From: Alistipes sp.
Lineage (GTDB): Bacteria > Bacteroidota > Bacteroidia > Bacteroidales > Rikenellaceae
Direction of reading: 5' to 3'
Length of the DNA: 64,000 nucleotides
Assembly: GCA_017646625.1 (NCBI GenBank)
Contig: JAGCMF010000033.1
Span: forward strand, 5,237-69,236
This document shows, one piece after another, positions 1 through 9,039 of the stretch. The notes below the pieces were generated by a model. That model had not been told where the DNA came from. It did no database searches and was given only the letters and a program-made list of their open reading frames with translations. The translations under genes were made by a program, and so were the position numbers. The stretch's first letter is position 1; each line of letters begins with the position of its first letter.

Positions 1-128
1 GTGATATTGCGAGAGAAGCGACCTACTGTCGACACCTCGCGAGGTAGAACCTCCGAATAGGCAGGCACGAGCAACACATCGTCGAATGTTAGACCTGTTG
101 TCTCTACCCTTTCATCAATAAAAGACAT
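1..128 (-). CDS. guaB: IMP dehydrogenase, 5' part (continues beyond window start)
   Basis: Manual translation from ATG at 128: [34 protein letters not shown]; [11 protein letters not shown] is the IMPDH N-terminal signature. Confidence 0.93.
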   Translation of the reverse strand, partial: MSFIDERVETTGLTFDDVLLVPAYSEVLPREVSTVGRFSRNI

Positions 129-307
129 AGCAATAAAGTTTTAAATCCTTGTGGTACACCACCCGTAGGGGTATGCCTGTAGGGTTTTGTTTCTATTGCG
201 CACAAAATTAGTGAAAAAATCCTATTTCCGCAATAGGTACTATAAAAAAACTTCCAAAAATGCCATGTTGGGGCACTCGCCATTATGCCATGTAGCCTAT
301 GTTAGCA

Positions 308-2359
308 CTACCACTTGGGTGTTATGCCGAGGAATATCTCGAAGTTGATGCCTGGCATGGGGCGTGACAATACAGATAGATACTCCTCGTTGAAGAGGTT
401 GTTGATGACGCCCTTAAGGGATATGTCTGCCCAGCGGAACGAGAAGCCCTTCTCCAACGATATGTTGCTCATGAAGTACTCGGGGAGCTTTCCTGTAAGC
501 GATATGTCGTTCGACGACATGGTATACCTCTCGGAGTAGTAGCACCACTTGTAGAGGAACGACCAGCTGCGCCATGTGAGGCGCCCCGTGATTGTTGATG
601 ATAGCTCTGGAACGTAGGGCAGCTGCTTGCCTACGGATTGGTCAGCAGGGGTGCGTGGCTCACCCTCGTTGATGGATGGTGTCCATGAGAATGTGCCGTT
701 TAGGCCGAGTTGTAACTCCTTGGTGATGGCTACGTTGAGGTCGGCCTTAACCTCTATGCCATAGGCGTGTACATCCTTGATGTTGTCGGGCGAGAAGAAG
801 CCCTTGGTTGTGGGTAGCCATATAATCCAATCCTTGATGAAGGACTCGAACCATGTTGCCGAGCCGCTTAATGAGTATATGCCCTCCTTGCCTACGGCAA
901 ACGATATGCCTGCGTCATATGTCCAGCCACTCTCCTTCTTGAGGTCGGGGTTACCACCCGGCAGGAAGTATAGGTCGTTGAGTGTTGGGAAGCGGTAGTT
1001 GCGCGATAGTGATGCTTTGGCTATGATGTTGCCCCTCTTGGAGAGTACACCATCAAGGAAGAGGGCTGGGATTATGGGTGTCCACTCCTCGCCGAACATC
1101 TCCTCGCGGATGACGATGGATAGGCCCAAGCGATCTATTGGTCGCCACTTTGCCGACAGCGACCCTGATAGCTCGGGGCGTCCCTTGCGGTAGCCGACGA
1201 TGGCCTTATTACCATCCTGGCGAACAATATTTTTATCCTCACTCTCAACGATATGCTGGTATAGCGATATGTTGGCCGTAAAGAGCCATTTGTTGCCTAT
1301 GTAATACTCGCCATCCACCTGGCCGTAGATGGTGTTTATGCGGCTACGTGAACGTGTCATGTGCGCCATGGTGCCATTGCCCACATCGCGCTTGTAGTCG
1401 TATGCCATCCACGTATATATATATCCACCCTTGGCACTCATCTTCCAACTATCACGCAGGTGATCCCATGATAGCACTCCACGGAAGGTATTCTCGCGCT
1501 GTCTGTTGTCGAAGTCATCCTCGTCGCCATAGTCCACGGTGAGCATTGCCAATTCACGATTGGAGTTGATGTACCATGCATTTAGACCGAATCTATCGCC
1601 TCGGCCCGTATTGTAGTATGCCTCCTGAAGAATATGAAAATCCTTGTACGAGCCACTGCGGTTGTATTCCACAGGATAGTACTGGTCGATGATGTTCATA
1701 TCCTCATCGTAGATGTTCTCCTTCTTATCGTGGTTGCGATATTTGTATTCGTTGGGTGAGGATGAATATACGAGGCGTGTGGATACCTGCCAGTTGTCGT
1801 TGCCATATGTGAGGCGTAGGAACTCGTCGAAGGTCTTAAAAGAGCCGATGCCCTGGATATATTGTAGACCAAAGCCTTGTTCCTGTGCCGGTTTTGTAGA
1901 TAGCTTGATGGCGCCACCGAGACCTCCTCCCGTCTCGTTAACCGACGATGTGCCGTGCAGCAGCGAGGCGTCGTCGATGAAGTAGGAGGGTATCATCGAG
2001 AAGTCGGTCATGCCGAGCATTGGGTTATTTATCTTCATGCCATTCCACGATACCTGTGTGTGCGATGGCGAGGTGCCACGGAACGACACCGTAGAGAGTG
2101 TTGCGCGGCCATAGCTCTTTACGAAGATGGAGGTGTTGAAGGTGAGAACGTCGGCCATGGAGAGGGCTATGTTCTCCTTGAGGGCTATGGTGTCGAGTCG
2201 CGTCTGCTGCGTGCCTATATCCTTCATTGGGCGTTCGCCATAGACCGGTACCTCGGGGATGTCGATACCTCGAGTTGCCCAATCTTTGGTGTTGTACTCC
2301 TGTGCCAGCGTGGCATAGGGTATAAGCGCAATGCTCAATATTATTAACAGCCTAATCAT
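308..2359 (-). CDS. btuB: TonB-dependent outer-membrane receptor, cobalamin (BtuB-like)
   Basis: Plug motif (SFRGTSPSHTQVSWNGMKIN), C-terminal NNLFNEEY...PGINF beta-strand end, last gene of the riboswitch-led operon; start moved to ATG 2359 (MIRLLIIL signal peptide). Confidence 0.85.
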   Translation of the reverse strand: MIRLLIILSIALIPYATLAQEYNTKDWATRGIDIPEVPVYGERPMKDIGTQQTRLDTIALKENIALSMADVLTFNTSIFVKSYGRATLSTVSFRGTSPSHTQVSWNGMKINNPMLGMTDFSMIPSYFIDDASLLHGTSSVNETGGGLGGAIKLSTKPAQEQGFGLQYIQGIGSFKTFDEFLRLTYGNDNWQVSTRLVYSSSPNEYKYRNHDKKENIYDEDMNIIDQYYPVEYNRSGSYKDFHILQEAYYNTGRGDRFGLNAWYINSNRELAMLTVDYGDEDDFDNRQRENTFRGVLSWDHLRDSWKMSAKGGYIYTWMAYDYKRDVGNGTMAHMTRSRSRINTIYGQVDGEYYIGNKWLFTANISLYQHIVESEDKNIVRQDGNKAIVGYRKGRPELSGSLSAKWRPIDRLGLSIVIREEMFGEEWTPIIPALFLDGVLSKRGNIIAKASLSRNYRFPTLNDLYFLPGGNPDLKKESGWTYDAGISFAVGKEGIYSLSGSATWFESFIKDWIIWLPTTKGFFSPDNIKDVHAYGIEVKADLNVAITKELQLGLNGTFSWTPSINEGEPRTPADQSVGKQLPYVPELSSTITGRLTWRSWSFLYKWCYYSERYTMSSNDISLTGKLPEYFMSNISLEKGFSFRWADISLKGVINNLFNEEYLSVLSRPMPGINFEIFLGITPKW

Positions 2360-2370
2360 CTGGTTAGTAG

Positions 2371-3441
2371 TTATTTCCAACAAAAGGCGCCGGGGATAAT
2401 GCCAACATAGAAGCTGTCGAGGAGCTCCCTATCCTTCGAGTAGCGATATACCATGCCCTGCTGCACATAATCTATTGCATCGGCAATATATACATCGCCC
2501 GTGCGAGGACAGACGGTAAGGCCATAGTATAGCGTGCCGTTGTATGGTAGAAATGGGCGCACAGGCACTCTGTCGGCTGTTACATCCATCTCCCACACAT
2601 CGTCATTGAGCCAATAGATTTTGTCCTTCGTGCCGTTGAGCTGCACCTCCGAGGGCCAGTCGCCGAAGTTGAACTTGAATTGCTGCTCAATGGTGAAGCT
2701 CTCGGCATCTATGCGATAGAGTGAGGGTGCCTCGTGGCCATAGGGCGAGCCCTCGTAGCCACCATCTGTAACAGTCCATAGTTTGTTGTTGCAGTCCATA
2801 ACAAGCGAGGTGGGCTGTATGCCTACGACAAGCTCATCGACTACTTGGTCGGTTTCTGTGTCAATCTTGATGATGCGGTTTTGATACGACCAGCAGTTGA
2901 CATAGAGATACTTACCATACTGTACCATCTGCTCCGTAGAACCCTGTTCCATCGTCATGTTTGGTATCTCTATATATCCCGTAACCTCGTAGCGCTTGGG
3001 GTTGACGATAAAGATGCGGTTATCCCATATCTGCGTGATGTAAGCCTTCTCGTCAGATATGAAGTGTATGTAGCGTGGCGATGTTAGGTTTGTGATGCGT
3101 CCCACCTCCTTGAAGGTGTTGATGTCGATGGCAAAGACGACGTGCGAGTTATTTACCACCACCCAGCCGATGTCATTGTGTATGGTCATCGACTGTGCTA
3201 CATCGCCCAGCTTCATGGCATTGGCACGATAGAACACCTCGTTCTGCACACTCTTGGTCGTGGGGTCGTAGTAGGAGAGTGTGGCGTTGCCATACTGGAA
3301 GTTACCCTCGTTGCAGATAAAGAGACCCTCGCCTGATGCCGAGGTGTCGAAGCTCTCCTCCAGGCCATACTCCCACTTCATGCATGAGCATAGAGCAAGG
3401 AGCATTGCGACAAGCGCCATCCTAACACATCTCATTGTCAT
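2371..3441 (-). CDS. btuG: BtuG-like beta-propeller surface lipoprotein (YncE/DUF5074 type)
   Basis: Lipobox LLALCSC; CNEGNF...NATLSYYD, LGDVAQSM and LTSPRYI propeller repeats; directly upstream of the TonB-dependent receptor. Confidence 0.8.
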   Translation of the reverse strand: MTMRCVRMALVAMLLALCSCMKWEYGLEESFDTSASGEGLFICNEGNFQYGNATLSYYDPTTKSVQNEVFYRANAMKLGDVAQSMTIHNDIGWVVVNNSHVVFAIDINTFKEVGRITNLTSPRYIHFISDEKAYITQIWDNRIFIVNPKRYEVTGYIEIPNMTMEQGSTEQMVQYGKYLYVNCWSYQNRIIKIDTETDQVVDELVVGIQPTSLVMDCNNKLWTVTDGGYEGSPYGHEAPSLYRIDAESFTIEQQFKFNFGDWPSEVQLNGTKDKIYWLNDDVWEMDVTADRVPVRPFLPYNGTLYYGLTVCPRTGDVYIADAIDYVQQGMVYRYSKDRELLDSFYVGIIPGAFCWK

Positions 3442-3442
3442 A

Positions 3443-5188
3443 CTACTTTTTCATGTTATAGTCAAAGAAACCACAGACCTCGGTAGAGAGCTCACCCAAC
3501 CAGCCACTCTTGGCATTGACACCCACCTGCACCTTCACGAAGTCTATATAGTCGAGGTGGATAGGCTCACACTCAAAGTCTATGGCATTCGAGATTTTGA
3601 AGTGGTTGGCATTGACCTCGCCCTCGGCATTATCATACTCGGTAAGGCGGTCCACAGGGCTAAAGTTATCGGCGTAGCCCCAGTCGTACTCTGCATTTAC
3701 CCAGTATGAGCCATTACCCGAGGCATCGCGGTTACGCGGTTCAAGGCATGTACCTGTGAGAGTATAGCTATCCGCCTCAATCCAGAGTGGATAGTAGTAG
3801 TCCTGGCGGTGGAACTGCTTGAGGTAGTCCACCTCGCCATAGTTGCCAAGGTTGTCGGTCCACTGCACAGGCATCATAGGGCCCGCTGGGCGGTAGTAGG
3901 TCACCGAATAGTTCTGTATGGTCGTTGCCTTGCCCGTCTCCGAGCCTGCCAACTCATACCATGTATCATCGGGCTCGCCATTGCCATTCTCGTCCTGCAT
4001 AACCCACACAATACCAGGCTCGGATGAGCCAGCAAACGAGTTGGCCTTAATGCCAAAGTCGTAGTCGCCAGAGTTGTCGATGCTGTGGTCGAAGCCCACG
4101 ACGATATAGCCACCAAAGCCACCCAGCGACACCCAATTTTCATCTCTCATGCGCTTCTCGGCATAGGCAATAGCCGCCTCCATAGTTGTCTGCGTGCCAT
4201 CGAAGCCGCCTGTCTTTAGCTCGTTGATAAACTGTCCAGGGGCTGGGGTATAATCGAATATCTTGTTCCACTCTGCCGTTGATGCTCCGTTCTGTGGGCG
4301 ATAGAAAGCACCCTCCTCATAGACCGTAACAACGAACTTGCGAGTTAGGGTTATCTGCTGACCATCCCTCTCGGTGGTAGCCGTTGCCACGACACTATAC
4401 TCACCCTGTGCCTCTGCCACAAATGTAAAAGACGCCTCGCCCGCAACTGATTCATTATCATCAATCTGCCATGTGTAGCTCACGCCATCCACATTGCTAA
4501 CCGTTGAGGGGCTAATGCGCAACTTGCGACCCACTACAGTGTGGTAGGCCTCGAGCTCAAACTCCCAAACTACGGGCATATCCTCGGCACGAACAACCTC
4601 AATGTGTACCGAGTCGCTATGCTCGCCATCCTCATTCGATACCGTAGCGGTAATTGTGTAGCGACCAACAGCCTCTGCCTCAAAGATATATGACAACTCA
4701 TTATCACACTGCAACGACTCGCCATTCATCGTCCACACGAGGTTCGTTGGAAGCGATGAATCGCTAATAGATGCATTAAGTCTAACCTCCGAACCCACAG
4801 CGACGGTCTGGTTTTTACCGCCGGCAATGGATACGATGGGACTCTCCAAAGCTACAACATCGATGCGTATCTCCTCGCTTTCCGAGCCTGTGTCGGCAGT
4901 TACGGTGAGCATGATGTAGTACTCGCCACACTCCTCGCGCATGAAGGTTAGCGATGGCTCGTTGCCAATGAGTCTGCCATCCATCTTCCAGCTGTAGGTG
5001 GCACCCTCGGCATTCTCATACGACGGTGCAATAATCACCTCGCGACCCACCTTCGTAGTATATACGCCAGTGTTACTATCGAGGTATATCTTTGGAGGCA
5101 AAGCAGTTGTAATCTCCTCGTCGATATTACACGACGAGGAGACCACAACCATCACACTTAAAATAATAAAATCTAAAACTCTTCTCAT
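3443..5188 (-). CDS. PKD-domain cell-surface lipoprotein with C-terminal BtuH-like domain
   Basis: Lipobox VSSSC; three PKD/Ig-like repeats, then APGQFIN...SLGGFGGYIVVGFDHSI...EPGIVWVMQDENGNGEPDDTWYEL, typical of Bacteroidetes B12-locus proteins. Confidence 0.75.
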   Translation of the reverse strand: MRRVLDFIILSVMVVVSSSCNIDEEITTALPPKIYLDSNTGVYTTKVGREVIIAPSYENAEGATYSWKMDGRLIGNEPSLTFMREECGEYYIMLTVTADTGSESEEIRIDVVALESPIVSIAGGKNQTVAVGSEVRLNASISDSSLPTNLVWTMNGESLQCDNELSYIFEAEAVGRYTITATVSNEDGEHSDSVHIEVVRAEDMPVVWEFELEAYHTVVGRKLRISPSTVSNVDGVSYTWQIDDNESVAGEASFTFVAEAQGEYSVVATATTERDGQQITLTRKFVVTVYEEGAFYRPQNGASTAEWNKIFDYTPAPGQFINELKTGGFDGTQTTMEAAIAYAEKRMRDENWVSLGGFGGYIVVGFDHSIDNSGDYDFGIKANSFAGSSEPGIVWVMQDENGNGEPDDTWYELAGSETGKATTIQNYSVTYYRPAGPMMPVQWTDNLGNYGEVDYLKQFHRQDYYYPLWIEADSYTLTGTCLEPRNRDASGNGSYWVNAEYDWGYADNFSPVDRLTEYDNAEGEVNANHFKISNAIDFECEPIHLDYIDFVKVQVGVNAKSGWLGELSTEVCGFFDYNMKK

Positions 5189-5194
5189 TATATC

Positions 5195-7075
5195 TTATTT
5201 CTCAAATCTCACTGCTACGTCATCGTAGGCGAAGTAGCCAGGGATGGTAAAGCCATACTTGCCGCCCATTTCGTCGGAGTAGAGGAAGTTGAAGCGTACC
5301 TTGGCTACTGCACCAAGACCACTCAAATCCCACTTCTGCCAATCTACGACCACATCCTCGCCCTGCACAAGGTATAGCTCCACCTCGCTGACAGGCTCGG
5401 CATAGGCATCGGCATCGATATCATCGAAGCCCTGCGCCACAATCTTCAGCCATGCATCCGCAGTCAAACCTGTCCAGTTGCCACCGAAGCTATTACCCGC
5501 CTCACTCTTAACGCCCATATATAGCTGATTGAGAGTGTAGTTGGTATTTGTAACATACATATGGTCTATCACGCGAGCCTCGCCATCGGCAAAGATAAGC
5601 TCTGGCAGGTTCTCCACATATGAGTAGAAATCCTTGTAGCCATAGTGTACCACGAAGTTGTCGCCCGAGTGTGGTGCTACGGGGATCATCATCTGGAGGT
5701 TGAACCAGCCGAGCATAGCGTCGTTGCCGGCATTCTCCGCGACATAGTCCTCACCATAATACTTCGCAATGTGCGCATCACGGTCCTCATCTGTAAAACC
5801 CTCGCCCCAGTAGTTCGAGATGGCGTGGCCACCACCCCAGAAGCAGTATGCGTAGTTGTCGGGGAAGGTGTGCATAAGCTCCGTATTGGCCTCATCCCAC
5901 CATGTGTACATCGCCGACATGTAGTCGCCATACGTTAGTGGACCACCATACTGTGGGTCATCCACAAGGTCACTCCAAGTGGTAATCTCCACACCTGCAT
6001 AGTCCAATGCATATGGCTCGAAGCGTGCATCCGCATCCTCGAAGGTCAAGATGCGCAACTCGTATGGGAGCTCCTCCTTTGGCTCAACAGCCCTCACACG
6101 AAGCTTCACGATAAGACTTTTACCCTTGTCCGATACTACAGTAATGGCAATCACGCCCTCCACATCGTAGTGACACATATCCTCTGCGGGTGCGGTCACA
6201 ACAAGGATATTCTCGGCATAGGCAGCCCTCCATCCCTCGGGCGTATTAACCACATAATCAGCGATATTGTCAGCGTCAACCACAAACTCTGCGGTAGTGC
6301 CAAAGGCTATCTCTGCAACCTCGGGGGCATCGACAATTATAAACTTGGGCGCACTCTCATCGTAGCGTGTGAGGCGGAACTCTGTGCCATTGGCCAATGT
6401 GATAATCACATAGTCGGGATTCGAGGTGTCAACGGACTTAAATAACGAGTCGCCATTTGCACCATTTGTACCGTCATTACCATTTGCGCCATTCGCGCCA
6501 TTCGCACCATCCTTACCCTCGGCTACGACACCTGTTGAAATCCAAGTCTCACCGCCATCGGTAGAGATTTCCCACTCCTTCGTTGCATCGTTAATACGCA
6601 CCTGTGGAGCTATAGCATCCTCGCCATCGATACCATTCTCACCATTAGCACCATCCTCGCCATCGATACCATTTGCTCTAACACGTTCACCATCAACCAA
6701 TAGCCACTCACCATCCATGGTCCAGTAGTAATTACCATCAGCATCCTGCTTCACCGAGATAACGGGGGCATTTGCGCCATTCGCACCATCCTTGCCACTC
6801 TTAATCTCGGCGGTGGTACCATCAGAGAATACAATAGTATATCCTTCTGCGGTAGGTGTCACCGACACGACATAGACATTTTTCTGCAGCGCGTTGACTA
6901 TAGTCTGCAAAGTAACGATATCTTCGTTGGTCTTGATAACAGACTCTTCGAGCATATCAACTCGATCCTTCACACTCTCAATCTCTTTCCAGATTGCCTC
7001 ATCGTCGTAGGAGCATCCTACCATTGCTGTTAGCGTAGCTACTACGCCAAGAGCCAAGCATAAAAACTTTCTCAT
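5195..7075 (-). CDS. Lipoprotein: coiled-coil/DUF4988-like N-terminus, collagen-like G-X-Y tracts, Ig-like domain, C-terminal DUF4465-like domain
   Basis: Lipobox AMVGC; KDGANGAN and GEDGANGENGIDGED tracts; C-terminus IDHMYVTNT...WQKWDLSGLG...PGYFAYDDV resembles DUF4465. Confidence 0.7.
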   Translation of the reverse strand: MRKFLCLALGVVATLTAMVGCSYDDEAIWKEIESVKDRVDMLEESVIKTNEDIVTLQTIVNALQKNVYVVSVTPTAEGYTIVFSDGTTAEIKSGKDGANGANAPVISVKQDADGNYYWTMDGEWLLVDGERVRANGIDGEDGANGENGIDGEDAIAPQVRINDATKEWEISTDGGETWISTGVVAEGKDGANGANGANGNDGTNGANGDSLFKSVDTSNPDYVIITLANGTEFRLTRYDESAPKFIIVDAPEVAEIAFGTTAEFVVDADNIADYVVNTPEGWRAAYAENILVVTAPAEDMCHYDVEGVIAITVVSDKGKSLIVKLRVRAVEPKEELPYELRILTFEDADARFEPYALDYAGVEITTWSDLVDDPQYGGPLTYGDYMSAMYTWWDEANTELMHTFPDNYAYCFWGGGHAISNYWGEGFTDEDRDAHIAKYYGEDYVAENAGNDAMLGWFNLQMMIPVAPHSGDNFVVHYGYKDFYSYVENLPELIFADGEARVIDHMYVTNTNYTLNQLYMGVKSEAGNSFGGNWTGLTADAWLKIVAQGFDDIDADAYAEPVSEVELYLVQGEDVVVDWQKWDLSGLGAVAKVRFNFLYSDEMGGKYGFTIPGYFAYDDVAVRFEK

Positions 7076-7299
7076 AATGTTGTTGTTAAAAGGTCATTCT
7101 CCGTAAACTTTAACACAACGAGAAGGTGCTCAAAACCCACTTTCGGCTATGCTGCGATACTACTATGGTGGCTACAAAAGGTCTCTTGTGTCATGAGGCG
7201 ACACTATGCACTAACCCTTTAAGCCCAAATATGTAATCCTTGAAATCATCAAGTCGCAGACCAGCCCATTCGCCGCAGGCACAATCTCGTTATAAACGC

Positions 7300-7480
7300 T
7301 TGGCAGGTCTTCTGACTCGTCTCATCCTACGATGCCTTCCCAGGGGTCGCACCCCCAGTGACAATGTGATGTCGTAGAACACTGTGAGACTCACAGCAGC
7401 GGGAACTGTCCGGGATTTTCACCCGATTCCCTTTTAATCTTTGTAGAGGCTATCCACCTCCTAAAGAACCAATGCTGATG
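7300..7480 (-). promoter_or_regulatory. Cobalamin (AdoCbl) riboswitch
   Basis: Minus strand reads TTGGTTC...TTAAAAGGGAATCGGGTGAAAATCCCGGACAGTTCCCGCTGCTGTGAG...GTCACTGGG...CTGGGAAGGC...GAGTCAGAAGACCTGCCA (core plus B12 box), upstream of the btu operon. Confidence 0.95.
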
Positions 7481-7488
7481 CAAAGATA
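7481..7488 (-). promoter_or_regulatory. Bacteroidetes -7 promoter element (TATCTTTG) for the riboswitch/btu operon
   Basis: Matches TAnnTTTG immediately 5' of the riboswitch. Confidence 0.7.
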
Positions 7489-7550
7489 CAAAAAAATCTA
7501 TTCGGTGATACGCGTTAGAGAGATTTTTTTATATACCTATATATAAGAGA

Positions 7551-7583
7551 GGAGGTTATTCGCTACTGTGACGAATAACCTCC
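7551..7583 (-). terminator. Intrinsic terminator after the MFS gene
   Basis: GGAGGTTATTCG-loop-CGAATAACCTCC hairpin. Confidence 0.65.
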
Positions 7584-7622
7584 TTAAGAAGCTATATAGC
7601 TTGTGAGCTATAATCTATCTCC

Positions 7623-8993
7623 TTACTCTGCCTTCTTGATGTTAGGCAACTCAAGACCATAACCCTTCTTCTTATCCTCATGCTTGAGCATGAAACCGAT
7701 GAAGAGGGCGATGACACCGAATGATGAGAAGATGACCATTGGCAATGTGTAGCCGCCTGTAGCATCGAGAACCTTACCGATGATTACTGGCACGAGCAAC
7801 AAGCCCCAGTTCTGAATCCAGAAGATTACGCAGTATGCCGAGCCAAGGATGCGCTCATCGATAATCTTTGGTACTGATGGCCACAACGCTGCGGGTACAA
7901 GTGAGAATGATACGCCGAGGATGGCGATGATAGCCACAGCAAGAATCTTTGATGGGTACATAGGAAGAAGGTATGCGAAGCTTAGGTGGCAAGCAATCAT
8001 GATGAGTGAGCCAACCATAAGGATAGATGCAGCCTTACCTACACGGTCGATGAAGGCACCAAGGAATGGTGTGAGGACCATGGCAAGGATTGGGAAGCAG
8101 CTGAAGAGCTGTGCACCATTATCTATGCCGAGGGTCTGGTTGAGGAAGTCGGGGGCGTAGCGCTGGAATGGGAAGATTGCCGAGTAGTAGAGTACGCAGA
8201 GCATGGCCACCAACCAGAACATCTTGCTTGAGAAGATCTTACCAAGGTCGCTGAACTTAAACTCCTCATCGTTAGACGACTCCTTGGTGAGCTCACCTGC
8301 AATCTCAAGCTGCTTGTCGAGCTGACGGTCCATGACTACGAAGATGAAGTAGAAGAGGAGTCCAATAGTGAGTAGGATAGCACCGAAGGCTACAGGCGCT
8401 GCGACATACTTGCCGAAGATGTCGTACACGAGTGGTGAGAGCCACATGGCAGCAAAGACACCAAGACGTGCGATAGACATCTCAAGACCCATGGCCATGG
8501 CCATCTCCTTGCCCTTGAACCACTTGGCAATAGCCTTTGATACTGTTGTGCCGGCCATCTCGCAACCACAACCAAAGATCATGAAACCGAGGCATGAGAG
8601 CTTTGCTGTGCCAGGGAGTGCCACCCACCATGAGCTGAGCCATGTCTCGAGGCCTGTGCCGATGAACATGTCACTCATGGCGTAGAACTTAATGCCTGCG
8701 CCGATAACCATCAGCGATGCCGAGAGAAGACCTGTGAAGCGGATGCCCATCTTGTCGAGGATGATACCCGCAAAGATGAGGAAGAGACAGAATACATTGA
8801 GGAAGTACTCCGATGCAGCATATGTACCGAAGGTGCTACTATCCCAGTTCAGAGCAGTCTCGAGCTGCTCCTTAAGTGGTGAGAGCATGTCCACAAACAT
8901 GTAGGCGAAGAACATCATCAAGGAGATGAGGATCAACGCTGACCAGCGTACAAACGCCGAGTCATTAAGCTTACGTTGAATAGTTTGAGTCAT
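7623..8993 (-). CDS. MFS transporter (MFSD1-like)
   Basis: About 12 hydrophobic segments; GIILDKMGIR and GAFIDRVGKA MFS loop motifs; start moved to ATG 8993. Confidence 0.88.
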   Translation of the reverse strand: MTQTIQRKLNDSAFVRWSALILISLMMFFAYMFVDMLSPLKEQLETALNWDSSTFGTYAASEYFLNVFCLFLIFAGIILDKMGIRFTGLLSASLMVIGAGIKFYAMSDMFIGTGLETWLSSWWVALPGTAKLSCLGFMIFGCGCEMAGTTVSKAIAKWFKGKEMAMAMGLEMSIARLGVFAAMWLSPLVYDIFGKYVAAPVAFGAILLTIGLLFYFIFVVMDRQLDKQLEIAGELTKESSNDEEFKFSDLGKIFSSKMFWLVAMLCVLYYSAIFPFQRYAPDFLNQTLGIDNGAQLFSCFPILAMVLTPFLGAFIDRVGKAASILMVGSLIMIACHLSFAYLLPMYPSKILAVAIIAILGVSFSLVPAALWPSVPKIIDERILGSAYCVIFWIQNWGLLLVPVIIGKVLDATGGYTLPMVIFSSFGVIALFIGFMLKHEDKKKGYGLELPNIKKAE

Positions 8994-9039
8994 AAATAGG
9001 TAATTTATTAAGTTTATAAAATTGTTGTTGCTTGGTCTG

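Noticed and set aside
6426-6728. Pro/Phe-rich plus-strand ORF (FAPFAPFAP)
   Set aside because: Antisense shadow of the collagen-like GAN repeats.
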